Assembly: GCA_963700145.1 (NCBI GenBank)
Contig: OY969474.1
Span: 640,001-704,000 of the forward strand
Direction: 5' to 3'
Origin: an uncultured Acidobacteriota bacterium
Lineage (GTDB): Bacteria > Acidobacteriota > Thermoanaerobaculia > Multivoradales > UBA5704
DNA length: 64,000 nt
The stretch's first letter is position 1. Each line of letters starts with the position of its first letter. The position numbers and the translations under genes were made by a program. Below are positions 45,015 to 54,064 of this stretch, piece after piece. The notes below the pieces were generated by a model. That model worked only from the letters and a program-made list of their open reading frames with translations. It did not search any database and had not been told where the DNA came from.

Positions 45015-45241
45015 GTATCGACCGCCGATACTGACGTATCAGCGGCTGATACGAAGGTATCGGGCGGTGATACGGGCGGAGCGGGGCCTGATACGGGCGT
45101 ATCGACCGGCGATACGGACGTATCCGCGCCTGATACCGAGGTATGAGGGCTCGATACGCAGGTATCAAGACTCGATACGTGCGTATCGGCGGCTGATACG
45201 GGCGTGTCAGCGGTTGATACGGAGGTATCAAGCGCTGATAC
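45015..45241. repeat. Array C: 10 full 21-bp units GATAC-N4-GTATC-N7 plus flanking half units
   Basis: GATAC every 21 nt from 45027 to 45237. Confidence 0.93.
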
Positions 45242-45306
45242 CGGCTGCTTCGTCCTCCGCGGAGGACGAGCAGCCGTCCCGAGCGCCATTCCGGCATCAG
45301 GATGCC

Positions 45307-45459
45307 TCACGACCGGCACCCGGCGGCCAGCGCCAGCGGTTCGCTGCGGCAGAGTTCTTGGCCGATCCTGATGATCTCGCGCTGGAACTTCTCGGGCTCG
45401 TCGAGGTCGGGCGTATGCGCCGACTCCTCGAACCAGACGACTTCCTTGTAAGGCGCTCG
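45307..45459 (-). pseudogene. C-terminal remnant of an alpha/beta hydrolase
   Basis: RAPYKEVVWFEESAHTPDLDEPEKFQREI..., preceded in frame by TAG, no start codon. Confidence 0.6.
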
Positions 45460-45471
45460 CTAGGGGCGGCC

Positions 45472-45930
45472 TCATGGATGCCCGCCGGGGTTGGCGGGGT
45501 GCTCGGCGCCGTGCCCGGCCGCGACGAGCGGCGCGTTCCGGCCCTCCAACGCCACGACCTCGAAGCGCGGCGGCTCCTCGATGTGCGCCTTTACCTTGCA
45601 GTGCTCGACCGCGCGCACGATCGCGGGGCGGTACTTCTCGGGGAAGTCCGGCGGCAGGGCGATCTCGAGCCGTACCGTCGTCACCCGCCCCCGCTCGTCG
45701 AGGTCGGTCTCGAGCGTCACGCCGAGGCCGTCGGTGGGGAGGGCGCGCTCCTGGCAGAAGCGGAGCGCGTAGTACCCCCCGCAGGTCCCGATCGAGGCGA
45801 GGAAGAGATCGAACGGAGAAGGCGCCGAGCCCGTACCCCCCGCCTCACGGGGCTGGTCCGTGCGAACCGTGTGACCTTGATAGGAGGCATCCACGGCCCG
45901 TCCTCCAGGGAAGCTGATGTGCATTGTCAT
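45472..45930 (-). CDS. OsmC/YcaO-N-like family protein
   Basis: VRTDQP..GG.GSAPSPFDLFLASIGTC...HCKVK. Confidence 0.88.
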   Translation of the reverse strand: MTMHISFPGGRAVDASYQGHTVRTDQPREAGGTGSAPSPFDLFLASIGTCGGYYALRFCQERALPTDGLGVTLETDLDERGRVTTVRLEIALPPDFPEKYRPAIVRAVEHCKVKAHIEEPPRFEVVALEGRNAPLVAAGHGAEHPANPGGHP

Positions 45931-46033
45931 GGTTTTCTCCCTTTTGCGCGTCGCCGCCCTCGCAACTCGCAATGTGACAGAGCGCCTCGCCGCCCGCACC
46001 GTCAATCCGGGTAGTTTCCGCCGCGCGTCGGAG

Positions 46034-46049
46034 CCACCCGAGCAGGTGG
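46034..46049. promoter_or_regulatory. Putative response-regulator site upstream of the OsmC gene
   Basis: CCACCCGAGCAGGTGG plus GGGTAG/GGGTGG half-sites nearby. Confidence 0.5.
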
Positions 46050-46083
46050 GGACGGCGGTCGTCTCGCTGGGTGGGGTGAACAC

Positions 46084-49000
46084 CTACGCCGCCTCCTGGA
46101 GCGCCGCCTCCGGCGGCGGCGTGGCGGCGAGATGGCGCACCTCGGTGCGCCACTTCCAGAGCTTGTAGATCGCCGGGTAGACCAGCAGCTCGAGCAGGAA
46201 CGAGGTGGCGAGGCCGCCGATCATCGGGGCCGCGATGCGCTGCATGACGTCGGCGCCGGCCGCCGTCGACCACATGATCGGCAGCAGGCCCATGAATGCC
46301 GCGCAGACGGTCATCAGCTTCGGCCGCGCCCGCTTGACCGCGCCGTGGACGATCGCCTCGTCGAGGTCGGCGGCGGAGCGCAGCCGCCCTTCGCGCTTGG
46401 CCTCGTCGTAGGAGAGGTCGAGGAAGAGGAGCATGAAGACGCCGGTCTCGGCGTCGAGCCCGAGCAGCGCGATCATCCCCACCCAGGCGGCGATCGAGAC
46501 GTTGTAGCCGAGCAGCCAGAAGAGCCAGATCGCGCCGACCGCCGAGAACGGCACCGCCAGCATCACCACCAGCGCCTTGAAGCCCGAGCGGGTGTTGGCG
46601 TAGAGGAGCGCGAAGATGAGCGCCAGGGTCACCGGCACCACGACCTTCAGGCGCTCGCGGACGCGCAGCATGTTCTCGTACTGGCCGCTCCAGACGAGCG
46701 AGAAGCCCGCCGGCAAGCGGAGCTGCTCGCCGACCGCGCGCTTGGCCTCCTCGACGTAGCCGCCGATGTCGCGGCCGGCGATATCCACGTAGACGTAGCC
46801 GGCGAGAAAGCCGTTCTCGTCGCGGATCATCGACGGCCCCTGCACGACCTCGATCGTGGCGAGCTGGGCGAGCGGCACCTGCGCCCCGGCCGGCGTCGCC
46901 ACCAGCACCCGCGCCAAGCGGTCGGGGTCGTCGCGTAGCTCGCGCGGGTAGCGGACGTTGATCGGGTAGCGCTCGCGCCCTTCGATGGTGGTCGAGACGT
47001 TCTCGCCGCCGATGGCGCTGGCGACGACCATCTGCACCTCCTCGATCGTCAGCCCGTAGCGGGCGAGCTGGCCGCGCCGCGGCACGACGTCGACGAAGTA
47101 GCCGCCGGCCACGCGCTCCGCATAGACACTGCGGGTGCCGGCGACGCCGCGGAGGATGGCCTCGAGGTGCTGGCCGGTGCGCTCGATCTCCTCCAGGTCG
47201 TCGCCGAAGACCTTGATGCCGATCGGGGTGCGCACCCCGGTCGTCAGCATGTCGATCCGCGCCTTGATCGGCATCGTCCAGGCGTTGGTGACCCCTGGCG
47301 CGCGCAGCGCGCGGTCCATCTCCGCGATCAGGGCCTCGTAGGCGATGCGGTCGGACCAGAAAGGGCGGAAGGCGGGCTTGAGCCACTCCGGCGACCACGC
47401 CGAGTACCACCGCACTTTGGGCCGCCACGCGCTTTCGGGTTTCAAGACGACGGTCGTCTCGACCATCGAGAAGGGGGCGGGGTCGGTCGAGGTGTCGGCG
47501 CGGCCGGCCTTGCCGAAGACCCGCTCGACCTCGGGGAAGCCGCGCAGCACCCGGTCCTGCGCGGTCAGCAGCTCCTGCGCCTGCGCCACGGACACGCCGG
47601 GAAGCGTGGTCGGCATGTAGAGGATCGTCCCCTCGTGGAGCGGCGGCATGAACTCCCGGCCGAGCGCGAAGTAGACGGGGAGGCTCACCAAGACCAGCGC
47701 CAGCGCCGCCGCGACCACCGCCGCCGGCCGCCGCAGCACGAAGCGACAGGCCGGCTCATAGACGCGGAAGACGGCGCGGCTGATCGGGTGCCGCTCTTCG
47801 GGGCGGTAGGTGCCGACCGCGGCGGCGCTCGCCACCCGCGCCAGCCAGCGCGGCCGGAAGCGGAAGGGCTCCATGCGGGTGAAGAGCATGCGCATCGCCG
47901 GGTCGAGGGTGATGGCGAGGAGGGCGGCGATCGCCATCGCCAGGTTCTTCGAGTAGGCGAGCGGCTTGAAGAGGCGCCCCTCCTGATCGACCAGGGCGAA
48001 GACCGGGATGAAGGCGACGGCGATGACCAGGAGCGAGAAGAAGACCGCCGGGCCGACCTCCTGCAGCGCCTCGAGGCGCACGGCGTGGAAGTCACCCTTG
48101 CCCCCTTCCGCCTGCCAACGGTGGAGCTTGTTGTAGGCATTCTCCACCTCCACGATCGCGCCGTCCACCAGGACGCCGATCGAGATGGCGATACCGGCCA
48201 GCGACATGATGTTGACCGTCACCCCCATCCAGGCCAGCGGGATGAAGGCGAGCAGCACCGCGACCGGGATGGTGACGATCGGCACGGCGGCCGAGGGCAG
48301 GTGCCAGAGGAAGAGGAGGATGACCAGCGCGACGATCACCATCTCGAGGACCAACTCGTGGCGCAGCGTCGCGATGGCGCGGCCGATCAGGTCGGCGCGG
48401 TCGTAGGTGGTGACGATCTCCACCCCGGCGGGCAGCGAAGGCTGGAGATCGCGGAGCTTCTGCCGCACCGCGCGGATGACGTTGACGGCGTTCTCGCCGT
48501 GGCGCATGACGACGATGCCGCCGACGTGGTCGCCGAGGCCGTCGAGATCGGCGACGCCGCGCCGCATCTCGGGGCCGAGCTCGACGCGGGCGACGTCGCG
48601 GACGAGCACGGGAACGCCGGCGGGGGAGGTCTTCAAGACCGCCTGCTCGAGGTCCGCGGGCGAGGTGACGTAGCCGCGGCCTCGCACCATGTACTCGGTG
48701 CCGCTCCACTCGATGAGCCGCCCGCCGACCTCGTTGTTGGAGCGCCGCAGCGCCTCGACCACGGTGCCGAACGGGACGCCGTAGGCCGCGAGGCGGTTGG
48801 GGTCGGCGACCACCTGGTACTGCTTGACGAAGCCGCCGATGGCCGCCACCTCCGCCACCCCCGGCACCGACTGCAGGGCGTAGCGCAGCGTCCAGTCCTG
48901 ATAGGAGCGCAGCTCGTCGAGCGAGTGCTCGCCGCTGCGGTCCACGAGCGCGTACTGGAAGACCCAGCCGACGCCGGTGGCGTCGGGCCCCAGCTCGGTC

Positions 49001-49374
49001 CGCACGCCCTCCGGCAGGCGGGCCTGGATCTTCGACAGGTACTCGAGGACGCGCGAGCGCGCCCAGTAGAGGTCGGTGCCGTCGCGGAAGACGACGTAGA
49101 CGTAGGAGAAGCCGAAGTCGGAGTAGCCGCGCACCGCCTTGACCCGCGGCGCGCCGAGGAGCGCGGTGACGATCGGGTAGGTGACCTGGTCCTCGATGAT
49201 GTCGGGCGAGCGGTCCCACTGCGAGTAGACGATCACCTGGGTGTCCGAGAGGTCGGGCAGGGCGTCGAGGCGGATCGTGCGCAGCGTGTAGAGCGCGAGC
49301 GCGACGAGGGCGGCCACGGTGAGCAGGACGAGGCCGCGGTTGCGCGCCGAGAAGGCGATGACGCGCCGGATCAC
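46084..49374 (-). CDS. cusA: CusA-type heavy-metal RND permease
   Basis: DALPDLSDTQVI, LGPDATGVGWVFQY, MPIKARIDML, RIAAPMIGG. Confidence 0.92.
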   Translation of the reverse strand: MIRRVIAFSARNRGLVLLTVAALVALALYTLRTIRLDALPDLSDTQVIVYSQWDRSPDIIEDQVTYPIVTALLGAPRVKAVRGYSDFGFSYVYVVFRDGTDLYWARSRVLEYLSKIQARLPEGVRTELGPDATGVGWVFQYALVDRSGEHSLDELRSYQDWTLRYALQSVPGVAEVAAIGGFVKQYQVVADPNRLAAYGVPFGTVVEALRRSNNEVGGRLIEWSGTEYMVRGRGYVTSPADLEQAVLKTSPAGVPVLVRDVARVELGPEMRRGVADLDGLGDHVGGIVVMRHGENAVNVIRAVRQKLRDLQPSLPAGVEIVTTYDRADLIGRAIATLRHELVLEMVIVALVILLFLWHLPSAAVPIVTIPVAVLLAFIPLAWMGVTVNIMSLAGIAISIGVLVDGAIVEVENAYNKLHRWQAEGGKGDFHAVRLEALQEVGPAVFFSLLVIAVAFIPVFALVDQEGRLFKPLAYSKNLAMAIAALLAITLDPAMRMLFTRMEPFRFRPRWLARVASAAAVGTYRPEERHPISRAVFRVYEPACRFVLRRPAAVVAAALALVLVSLPVYFALGREFMPPLHEGTILYMPTTLPGVSVAQAQELLTAQDRVLRGFPEVERVFGKAGRADTSTDPAPFSMVETTVVLKPESAWRPKVRWYSAWSPEWLKPAFRPFWSDRIAYEALIAEMDRALRAPGVTNAWTMPIKARIDMLTTGVRTPIGIKVFGDDLEEIERTGQHLEAILRGVAGTRSVYAERVAGGYFVDVVPRRGQLARYGLTIEEVQMVVASAIGGENVSTTIEGRERYPINVRYPRELRDDPDRLARVLVATPAGAQVPLAQLATIEVVQGPSMIRDENGFLAGYVYVDIAGRDIGGYVEEAKRAVGEQLRLPAGFSLVWSGQYENMLRVRERLKVVVPVTLALIFALLYANTRSGFKALVVMLAVPFSAVGAIWLFWLLGYNVSIAAWVGMIALLGLDAETGVFMLLFLDLSYDEAKREGRLRSAADLDEAIVHGAVKRARPKLMTVCAAFMGLLPIMWSTAAGADVMQRIAAPMIGGLATSFLLELLVYPAIYKLWKWRTEVRHLAATPPPEAALQEAA

Positions 49375-50681
49375 GGGGCGCCTCCGCCGTGGACGTGTGC
49401 AGGCGCGCTCATGTCGGCGACCGCCGCCCGCAGGCGCGACTCGGAGTCGAGCAGGAAGTTGGCGCGCACCGCGACCCGCTCGCCGGCGGCGACGCCGGAG
49501 AGGATCGCCGCCTCACCGCCGCCGCGGAGCCCCACCCGCACCTCCCGCGGCTCGAACCTGCCGTTGCGAGCGACGAACACCACTTGCCGCAGGCCGGTGT
49601 CGAGCACCGCCGAGTCGGGAACCACGACCCCCTCTTGGGTCTCGAGCTCGGGGGTGACGTCGAGGTACATCCCCGGCTTGAGCTGGAGCGACGGGTTGGC
49701 GAGCTCGATCCGCGCCCGCAGCGTGCGGGTCGCCGGGTCGACGGTCGGGTAGACGAAGCCGACGCGACCGGTGAAGCGCACCGCCGGGTCGTAGGGTAGA
49801 GAGAGCGCGACCGGCCGCCCGACGCCCAGGGCGCGGCTCTCGATCTCGTAGAAGTCCGCTTCCACCCAGACCCGCGACAGGTCGGTGATGGTGAGGAGGT
49901 CCATCCCCGGACCGACCTCCATCCCCTCGAAGACTTCCTTGGCGGTGACGTAGCCGGAGACGGGGGCGAGGAGCGTCACCGTGCGCTGCGGCTTCCCCGT
50001 GCGGTCGAGCGCGGCGAGGAGGCTGCGCGGCGCGTCGAACAGCTCGAGACGGCGACGGGCGGCGCTGAGCAGATCGGCGCCGCCCTGCCGCACCTCGGGG
50101 AGCGAGGAGCCGGCGAAGCGGCCCGCCGCCTCGCGCGCCCGCAGGTACTCCTCCTGGGTCGCCAGGAGCTGCGGCGAATAGATGGCGAGCAGCGGCTGGC
50201 CGGCCCGTACCGGCTGGCCGACGAAGTTGACGTGCAGGTGCTCGATCCAGCCGGAGATCTTGGTGTGGACGTGGCGCACGCGCGTCTCGTCGGCGGCCAC
50301 CAGCCCGACGGTGCGCACCGAACGGGTGAGGGTGCGGCGCTCCGCGACGGCGGTCTTGACCCCGGCGAGGCGCCGCGCCGCGGTGTCCGGCGCGACCGGC
50401 GCGAGGCCGGGGATCCCGTCCTCGGGGCGGGCGGCGCTCGCCGCCGGAGCCGACCTCGAAGGCGGCAGGTTCGGCCGCTCGATCGGCACCAGGCGCATGC
50501 CGCAGATCGGGCAGTCGCGGGGCGCGTCGGCGACGAAGTCGGGGTGCATCGGGCAGTGGTACTGGACCGCCGCCGGCGGCAGGGCCGCGCGGCAGGACGT
50601 CAGATAGCCCACGACCCCCAGCAGCGCCAGCGCGGGGAGGAGCAGGAGGACGGTCGTGCGGATCGGTCGAGACAGGCTCAT
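49371..50681 (-). CDS. CusB-type periplasmic adaptor with heavy-metal-binding domain
   Basis: YHCPMHP...CPICGM; YSPQL; FLLDSES; ATG at 50681. Confidence 0.9.
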   Translation of the reverse strand: MSLSRPIRTTVLLLLPALALLGVVGYLTSCRAALPPAAVQYHCPMHPDFVADAPRDCPICGMRLVPIERPNLPPSRSAPAASAARPEDGIPGLAPVAPDTAARRLAGVKTAVAERRTLTRSVRTVGLVAADETRVRHVHTKISGWIEHLHVNFVGQPVRAGQPLLAIYSPQLLATQEEYLRAREAAGRFAGSSLPEVRQGGADLLSAARRRLELFDAPRSLLAALDRTGKPQRTVTLLAPVSGYVTAKEVFEGMEVGPGMDLLTITDLSRVWVEADFYEIESRALGVGRPVALSLPYDPAVRFTGRVGFVYPTVDPATRTLRARIELANPSLQLKPGMYLDVTPELETQEGVVVPDSAVLDTGLRQVVFVARNGRFEPREVRVGLRGGGEAAILSGVAAGERVAVRANFLLDSESRLRAAVADMSAPAHVHGGGAP

Positions 50682-51940
50682 GGGGCACCTCCGTTGAGAC
50701 GTTCCAGCTCCGCCCAGGCGGCGAAGCGGTCCGCCTCGCGGCGGGCGAGCTGCACCCGGGCCTGGAGCCAGAGGTCGAAGTCTTCGATGACGGTCGAGAA
50801 GTCGCCGCGGCCGGCGAGATAGGAGGAGCGCGCGGCGTCGAGCGCGGTGCTGCTCTGCGGCAGGATCGCTTCGCGGTAGCGCAGCACCTGCCGCTCGGCT
50901 TGCAGCCGGCGGGCGCCGAGGCGGGCGGCCTCGACGCGCACCACCGCCTCGGCGTCGCGCAGCTCCTGCCGCGCCATCTCCAGCTCCTCCTCGGCGGCGC
51001 GGACCATCGGCCCCTGCTTGCGCTGGCGCCAGAAGGGGATCTCGACGCCGACGCGGAGGGTGAGGACGGCGCCGAGAGACCCGCGCGAGGCGAGGCCGGC
51101 GGCGGGGGCGAAGTCGGGCTTGAGGTCGAGACGGGCGACGGCGAGGCGCCGCTCGGCGGCGGCGACCGCCGCCCGCGCCACCGCCACCTCGGGCGCGGCG
51201 GCGAGCGCGCTCTCCTCCGGTCCCGGCGCGGACGGCGGCGGGGCGGGCAGCGCGGCGACGTCGCCGAGCGGCGGGCCGGCGGGAAGGTCGAGCCAGCGGT
51301 CCAGCTCGGCCGCCGTCGCCGCACGCTCGGCGGCGAGGTCGTCGAGCTGCTCGCCGAGGCGGCTCACCTGGAGCTGGGCCTTGACGACGGCTTCCTGCTC
51401 GCTCTCGCCGGTGGCGTAGCGGGCGGCGGCGGTGGCCGCGAGGAGCTCGACCAGCTCGCGCGCCGCGGCCAGCGTCTCGCGCTCGCGGTCGAGCGCGTAG
51501 AGGCGAGCGTAGAGGATGCGCACGGCGGCGGCCACCCGGCGCTCCTCGGCGGCCAGCTCGGCGGCGCGCAGCGCGGTCGCGGCCGCCGCCGCCTCGCCGC
51601 GGGCCCGGCGCTTCCCGGGGTAGGGGAGCGGCTGGCGCAGCTCGACGCCGGCCATCGACATGTCCTCGCTGCCGACCGTGTAGTCGGGGAAGTCGGCGTT
51701 CTGCAGCATCCCTTCGACCATCGGGTCGGGGAGGGCCGTCGCGGGGACCTCCATCAGCCGCGCCGCGGCGACGGCGGCCCGGCGGGCGGCTAGGGCCGGC
51801 GCGCGCTCCAGGGCGCGGGCCACCAGCTCTTCGACCGCGGGCGCCTCTTGCGCCGGCTCGGCGGGTTGGGCCGCCAGGGGGCCGGGGAAAACCGCCGCCG
51901 CCAGCAGCAGCAGGACGCAACGGGCAAAGTGACGAGTCAT
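50678..51940 (-). CDS. TolC/CusC-family outer-membrane efflux protein
   Basis: Signal peptide; LPDPM, QPLPYPGK, YLAGRGDF. Confidence 0.88.
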   Translation of the reverse strand: MTRHFARCVLLLLAAAVFPGPLAAQPAEPAQEAPAVEELVARALERAPALAARRAAVAAARLMEVPATALPDPMVEGMLQNADFPDYTVGSEDMSMAGVELRQPLPYPGKRRARGEAAAAATALRAAELAAEERRVAAAVRILYARLYALDRERETLAAARELVELLAATAAARYATGESEQEAVVKAQLQVSRLGEQLDDLAAERAATAAELDRWLDLPAGPPLGDVAALPAPPPSAPGPEESALAAAPEVAVARAAVAAAERRLAVARLDLKPDFAPAAGLASRGSLGAVLTLRVGVEIPFWRQRKQGPMVRAAEEELEMARQELRDAEAVVRVEAARLGARRLQAERQVLRYREAILPQSSTALDAARSSYLAGRGDFSTVIEDFDLWLQARVQLARREADRFAAWAELERLNGGAP

Positions 51941-52019
51941 GACGGTCCTCTTCGCGTGTAGTTCGCGGGCTCTCCGCGGTGTCAGACCGCGGAGGGTTCA
52001 GACGCGCGCGCGGGGGGCG

Positions 52020-52424
52020 TCAGATCAGGAGGGCGGCGTGCAGCGTGAACAGGGGAACGGGAGGGGGCCGCGGCGGGCCGGCGGCGGGCGCGACGCCGGC
52101 GAACGGCGTGTGGGCCGGCGCCGGAGCGATCGCGGGCGCCGGCGCGGCCGCGTCGGGAACGGTCGTGGGCGGCGCGGGGCCCGGCACGCCGGGCGCCGGC
52201 GCCGGTCCCGGCTCGGAGACGGAGCAGCAGCGGCCCTCGGTCGGCGCGACTTGCGGCGCGGCGCAGCAGAGCATGCCGCCGTCTACCGGACGTTCGTGAT
52301 CGCATCCGGGCGCCCGGCCGGCGGAGGCCGCCTTGGCACAACCCGCCGACAGGAGCCCCGGCAGCCCGCTCACCAGAGCGAGCAGGACGAAGCCGGTGGT
52401 CAGAGCGTGTCTGCTGCGCCGCAC
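52020..52424 (-). CDS. Small exported Cys/Pro-rich protein upstream of the cus operon
   Basis: Hydrophobic N-terminus, CDH, MLCC, RCC, GPPRPPPVPLFTLHAALLI; start approximate. Confidence 0.55.
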   Translation of the reverse strand: MRRSRHALTTGFVLLALVSGLPGLLSAGCAKAASAGRAPGCDHERPVDGGMLCCAAPQVAPTEGRCCSVSEPGPAPAPGVPGPAPPTTVPDAAAPAPAIAPAPAHTPFAGVAPAAGPPRPPPVPLFTLHAALLI

Positions 52425-52429
52425 GATCG

Positions 52430-53401
52430 TCAGCTCCAAGACCTCGCCGCGGTAGAGGCCGCGACCGGCTCGTCGTCGGCGACGTAGGCCCAGTCGGCGT
52501 CGGCGGGACGCTCCTCTTCCGCCGCCGCGGCCGAGGGGACGACCAGCACGCTGCAGGGGGCGTCGTGGACGACGTTCGCGGCGACGCTGCCGAGGATCGC
52601 CCGCTCGAGACCGCTGGCGCCGTGCGTCCCGAGCACGAGCAGGTCGGGCTTCCAGCTCTCCGCCTCGGCGACGATCTCCTCGGCCGCGTAGCCCTGGCGC
52701 ACGTTGCAGCGCACCGTCGGGCCGTCCGGCAGCGCCGCCCGGGCGACCCGCCACAGCTCCTCTTCGGCGAAGCGGTGCATCTGCTCGCGGGTGAAGTGGG
52801 TCGAGGTCTCGCTGCCGACGGTGTGGACGAAGAGCACCTCGACGTCCGGCCGCGGCCCGCCGGCCGGCAGCGCCACCTCGAGCCCGCGCCGTAGCACGCC
52901 TGCGGCAACGGCGGAGAGGTCGGTGGCGAGGAGGACGCGCGCCGGGGGCATGGCGCAGCCCGGGCGGACCACCAGGACCGGGCAGGCGGCCTTGCGGAGG
53001 ACGCGGTCGGTCGTGGAGCCCAGGAGGCGCCGGCGCGGCCTGCCGCCGACCGCGGCGCCGAGGACGATGAGCGAAGCGCCGGTGGCGGTCGCGCGCCCGA
53101 GGAGCGCCCGGTGGGGGAGGTCGAGCTCGACGCGCTTTACGTGGCGCACCCGCTCGAGCCCGCGGGCGGCGGCCTGCACGTCGAGCCGCTCGCGCAGGTC
53201 CCGCTCGAGAGCGAGGAACCAGTCGTTGCCGACGGCCTCCAGGCCGGACACGCCGACGTAGAGGTCCACCGGCTTGGGCAGGGCGTGGATCAGCTCAACC
53301 GCCGCGCCGGTGGCCAGCGCCAGGGCGATCCCGGCGTCCACCACCGCGTCGCTCTCGCTCGCGAGCGAGGTGCCGATGAGGATCTTCTCGTGGTCTTTCA
53401 T
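52430..53401 (-). CDS. Universal stress protein (tandem Usp)
   Basis: LGSTTDRVLRKAACPVLVV; LGTHGASG...GSVAANVVHDAPCSVLVVP. Confidence 0.9.
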   Translation of the reverse strand: MKDHEKILIGTSLASESDAVVDAGIALALATGAAVELIHALPKPVDLYVGVSGLEAVGNDWFLALERDLRERLDVQAAARGLERVRHVKRVELDLPHRALLGRATATGASLIVLGAAVGGRPRRRLLGSTTDRVLRKAACPVLVVRPGCAMPPARVLLATDLSAVAAGVLRRGLEVALPAGGPRPDVEVLFVHTVGSETSTHFTREQMHRFAEEELWRVARAALPDGPTVRCNVRQGYAAEEIVAEAESWKPDLLVLGTHGASGLERAILGSVAANVVHDAPCSVLVVPSAAAAEEERPADADWAYVADDEPVAASTAARSWS

Positions 53402-54060
53402 GTCTGCCTCCACAATGCCGGCACGCCGAGACGTCCGCGCGAGCGCGGTGCGAACGCGAGGAACAGGCCCCAAGCGGCGGCGGGAATGAGGATGAAGTCC
53501 TGAGGTACTCCAAGGGTGAAGGCCCCCAGCGAGCCGACCAACGCCCAGGCGACGGGAATGGCGAGCAGCGCCCGCTCGGACCGTGGCTGCGCGAACGACA
53601 GGATGCCCAGCGTGAAGAGGGTCGTGGGACAGGGCAGGCCGAAGCCGGGAGCAGCCGGAAAGTGGTGGCCGAAGAGCGGGTTCAGCAGCGGGTAGACCGC
53701 GAGGCCGAAGAGGGCGAGCGCCAGGCCGGTCACGCCTCGGCCGGACGCATGCAGCTCGAGGCGGGGAGCCGGCGAGCGGAGGCCCTGCCAGAAGAACAGC
53801 CCCGCGGCAACGGCGAACAGCGCGCCGAAGAGGGGCGCCGCGGGGTTGATCGCCGCGAAGTGAGCGAAGTGGTAGGCCAGGGCCATCCAGAGCCAGAGAG
53901 CGGCGAGCAGGACGTAGGCGGCGCGCGCGCCGACCGCACGCCGCGACAGCGCGCCGGCCAACGCCAGAGCCCCGGCCGCGGTGAGCAACCACTGCGCCGG
54001 CCAGACCGCCTCGTTGTAGGCGCGGAAGACGGCGAAGAACTGCTCGGCGGTGAAGGGCAT
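53398..54060 (-). CDS. DUF6064-like membrane protein
   Basis: MPFTAEQFFAVFRAYN; FGLPCPTTLFTLG. Confidence 0.75.
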   Translation of the reverse strand: MPFTAEQFFAVFRAYNEAVWPAQWLLTAAGALALAGALSRRAVGARAAYVLLAALWLWMALAYHFAHFAAINPAAPLFGALFAVAAGLFFWQGLRSPAPRLELHASGRGVTGLALALFGLAVYPLLNPLFGHHFPAAPGFGLPCPTTLFTLGILSFAQPRSERALLAIPVAWALVGSLGAFTLGVPQDFILIPAAAWGLFLAFAPRSRGRLGVPALWRQT

Positions 54061-54064
54061 CGCT

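Noticed and set aside
14831-45241. The 21-bp arrays as CRISPR arrays
   Set aside because: Variable parts are only 4 and 7 nt, constant parts are 5 nt, and there is no cas gene in the window
44563-46014. ORFs 44563-45297, 44990-45475 and 45067-46014 across array C
   Set aside because: They overlap well-supported genes on the opposite strand or are by-products of the repeat
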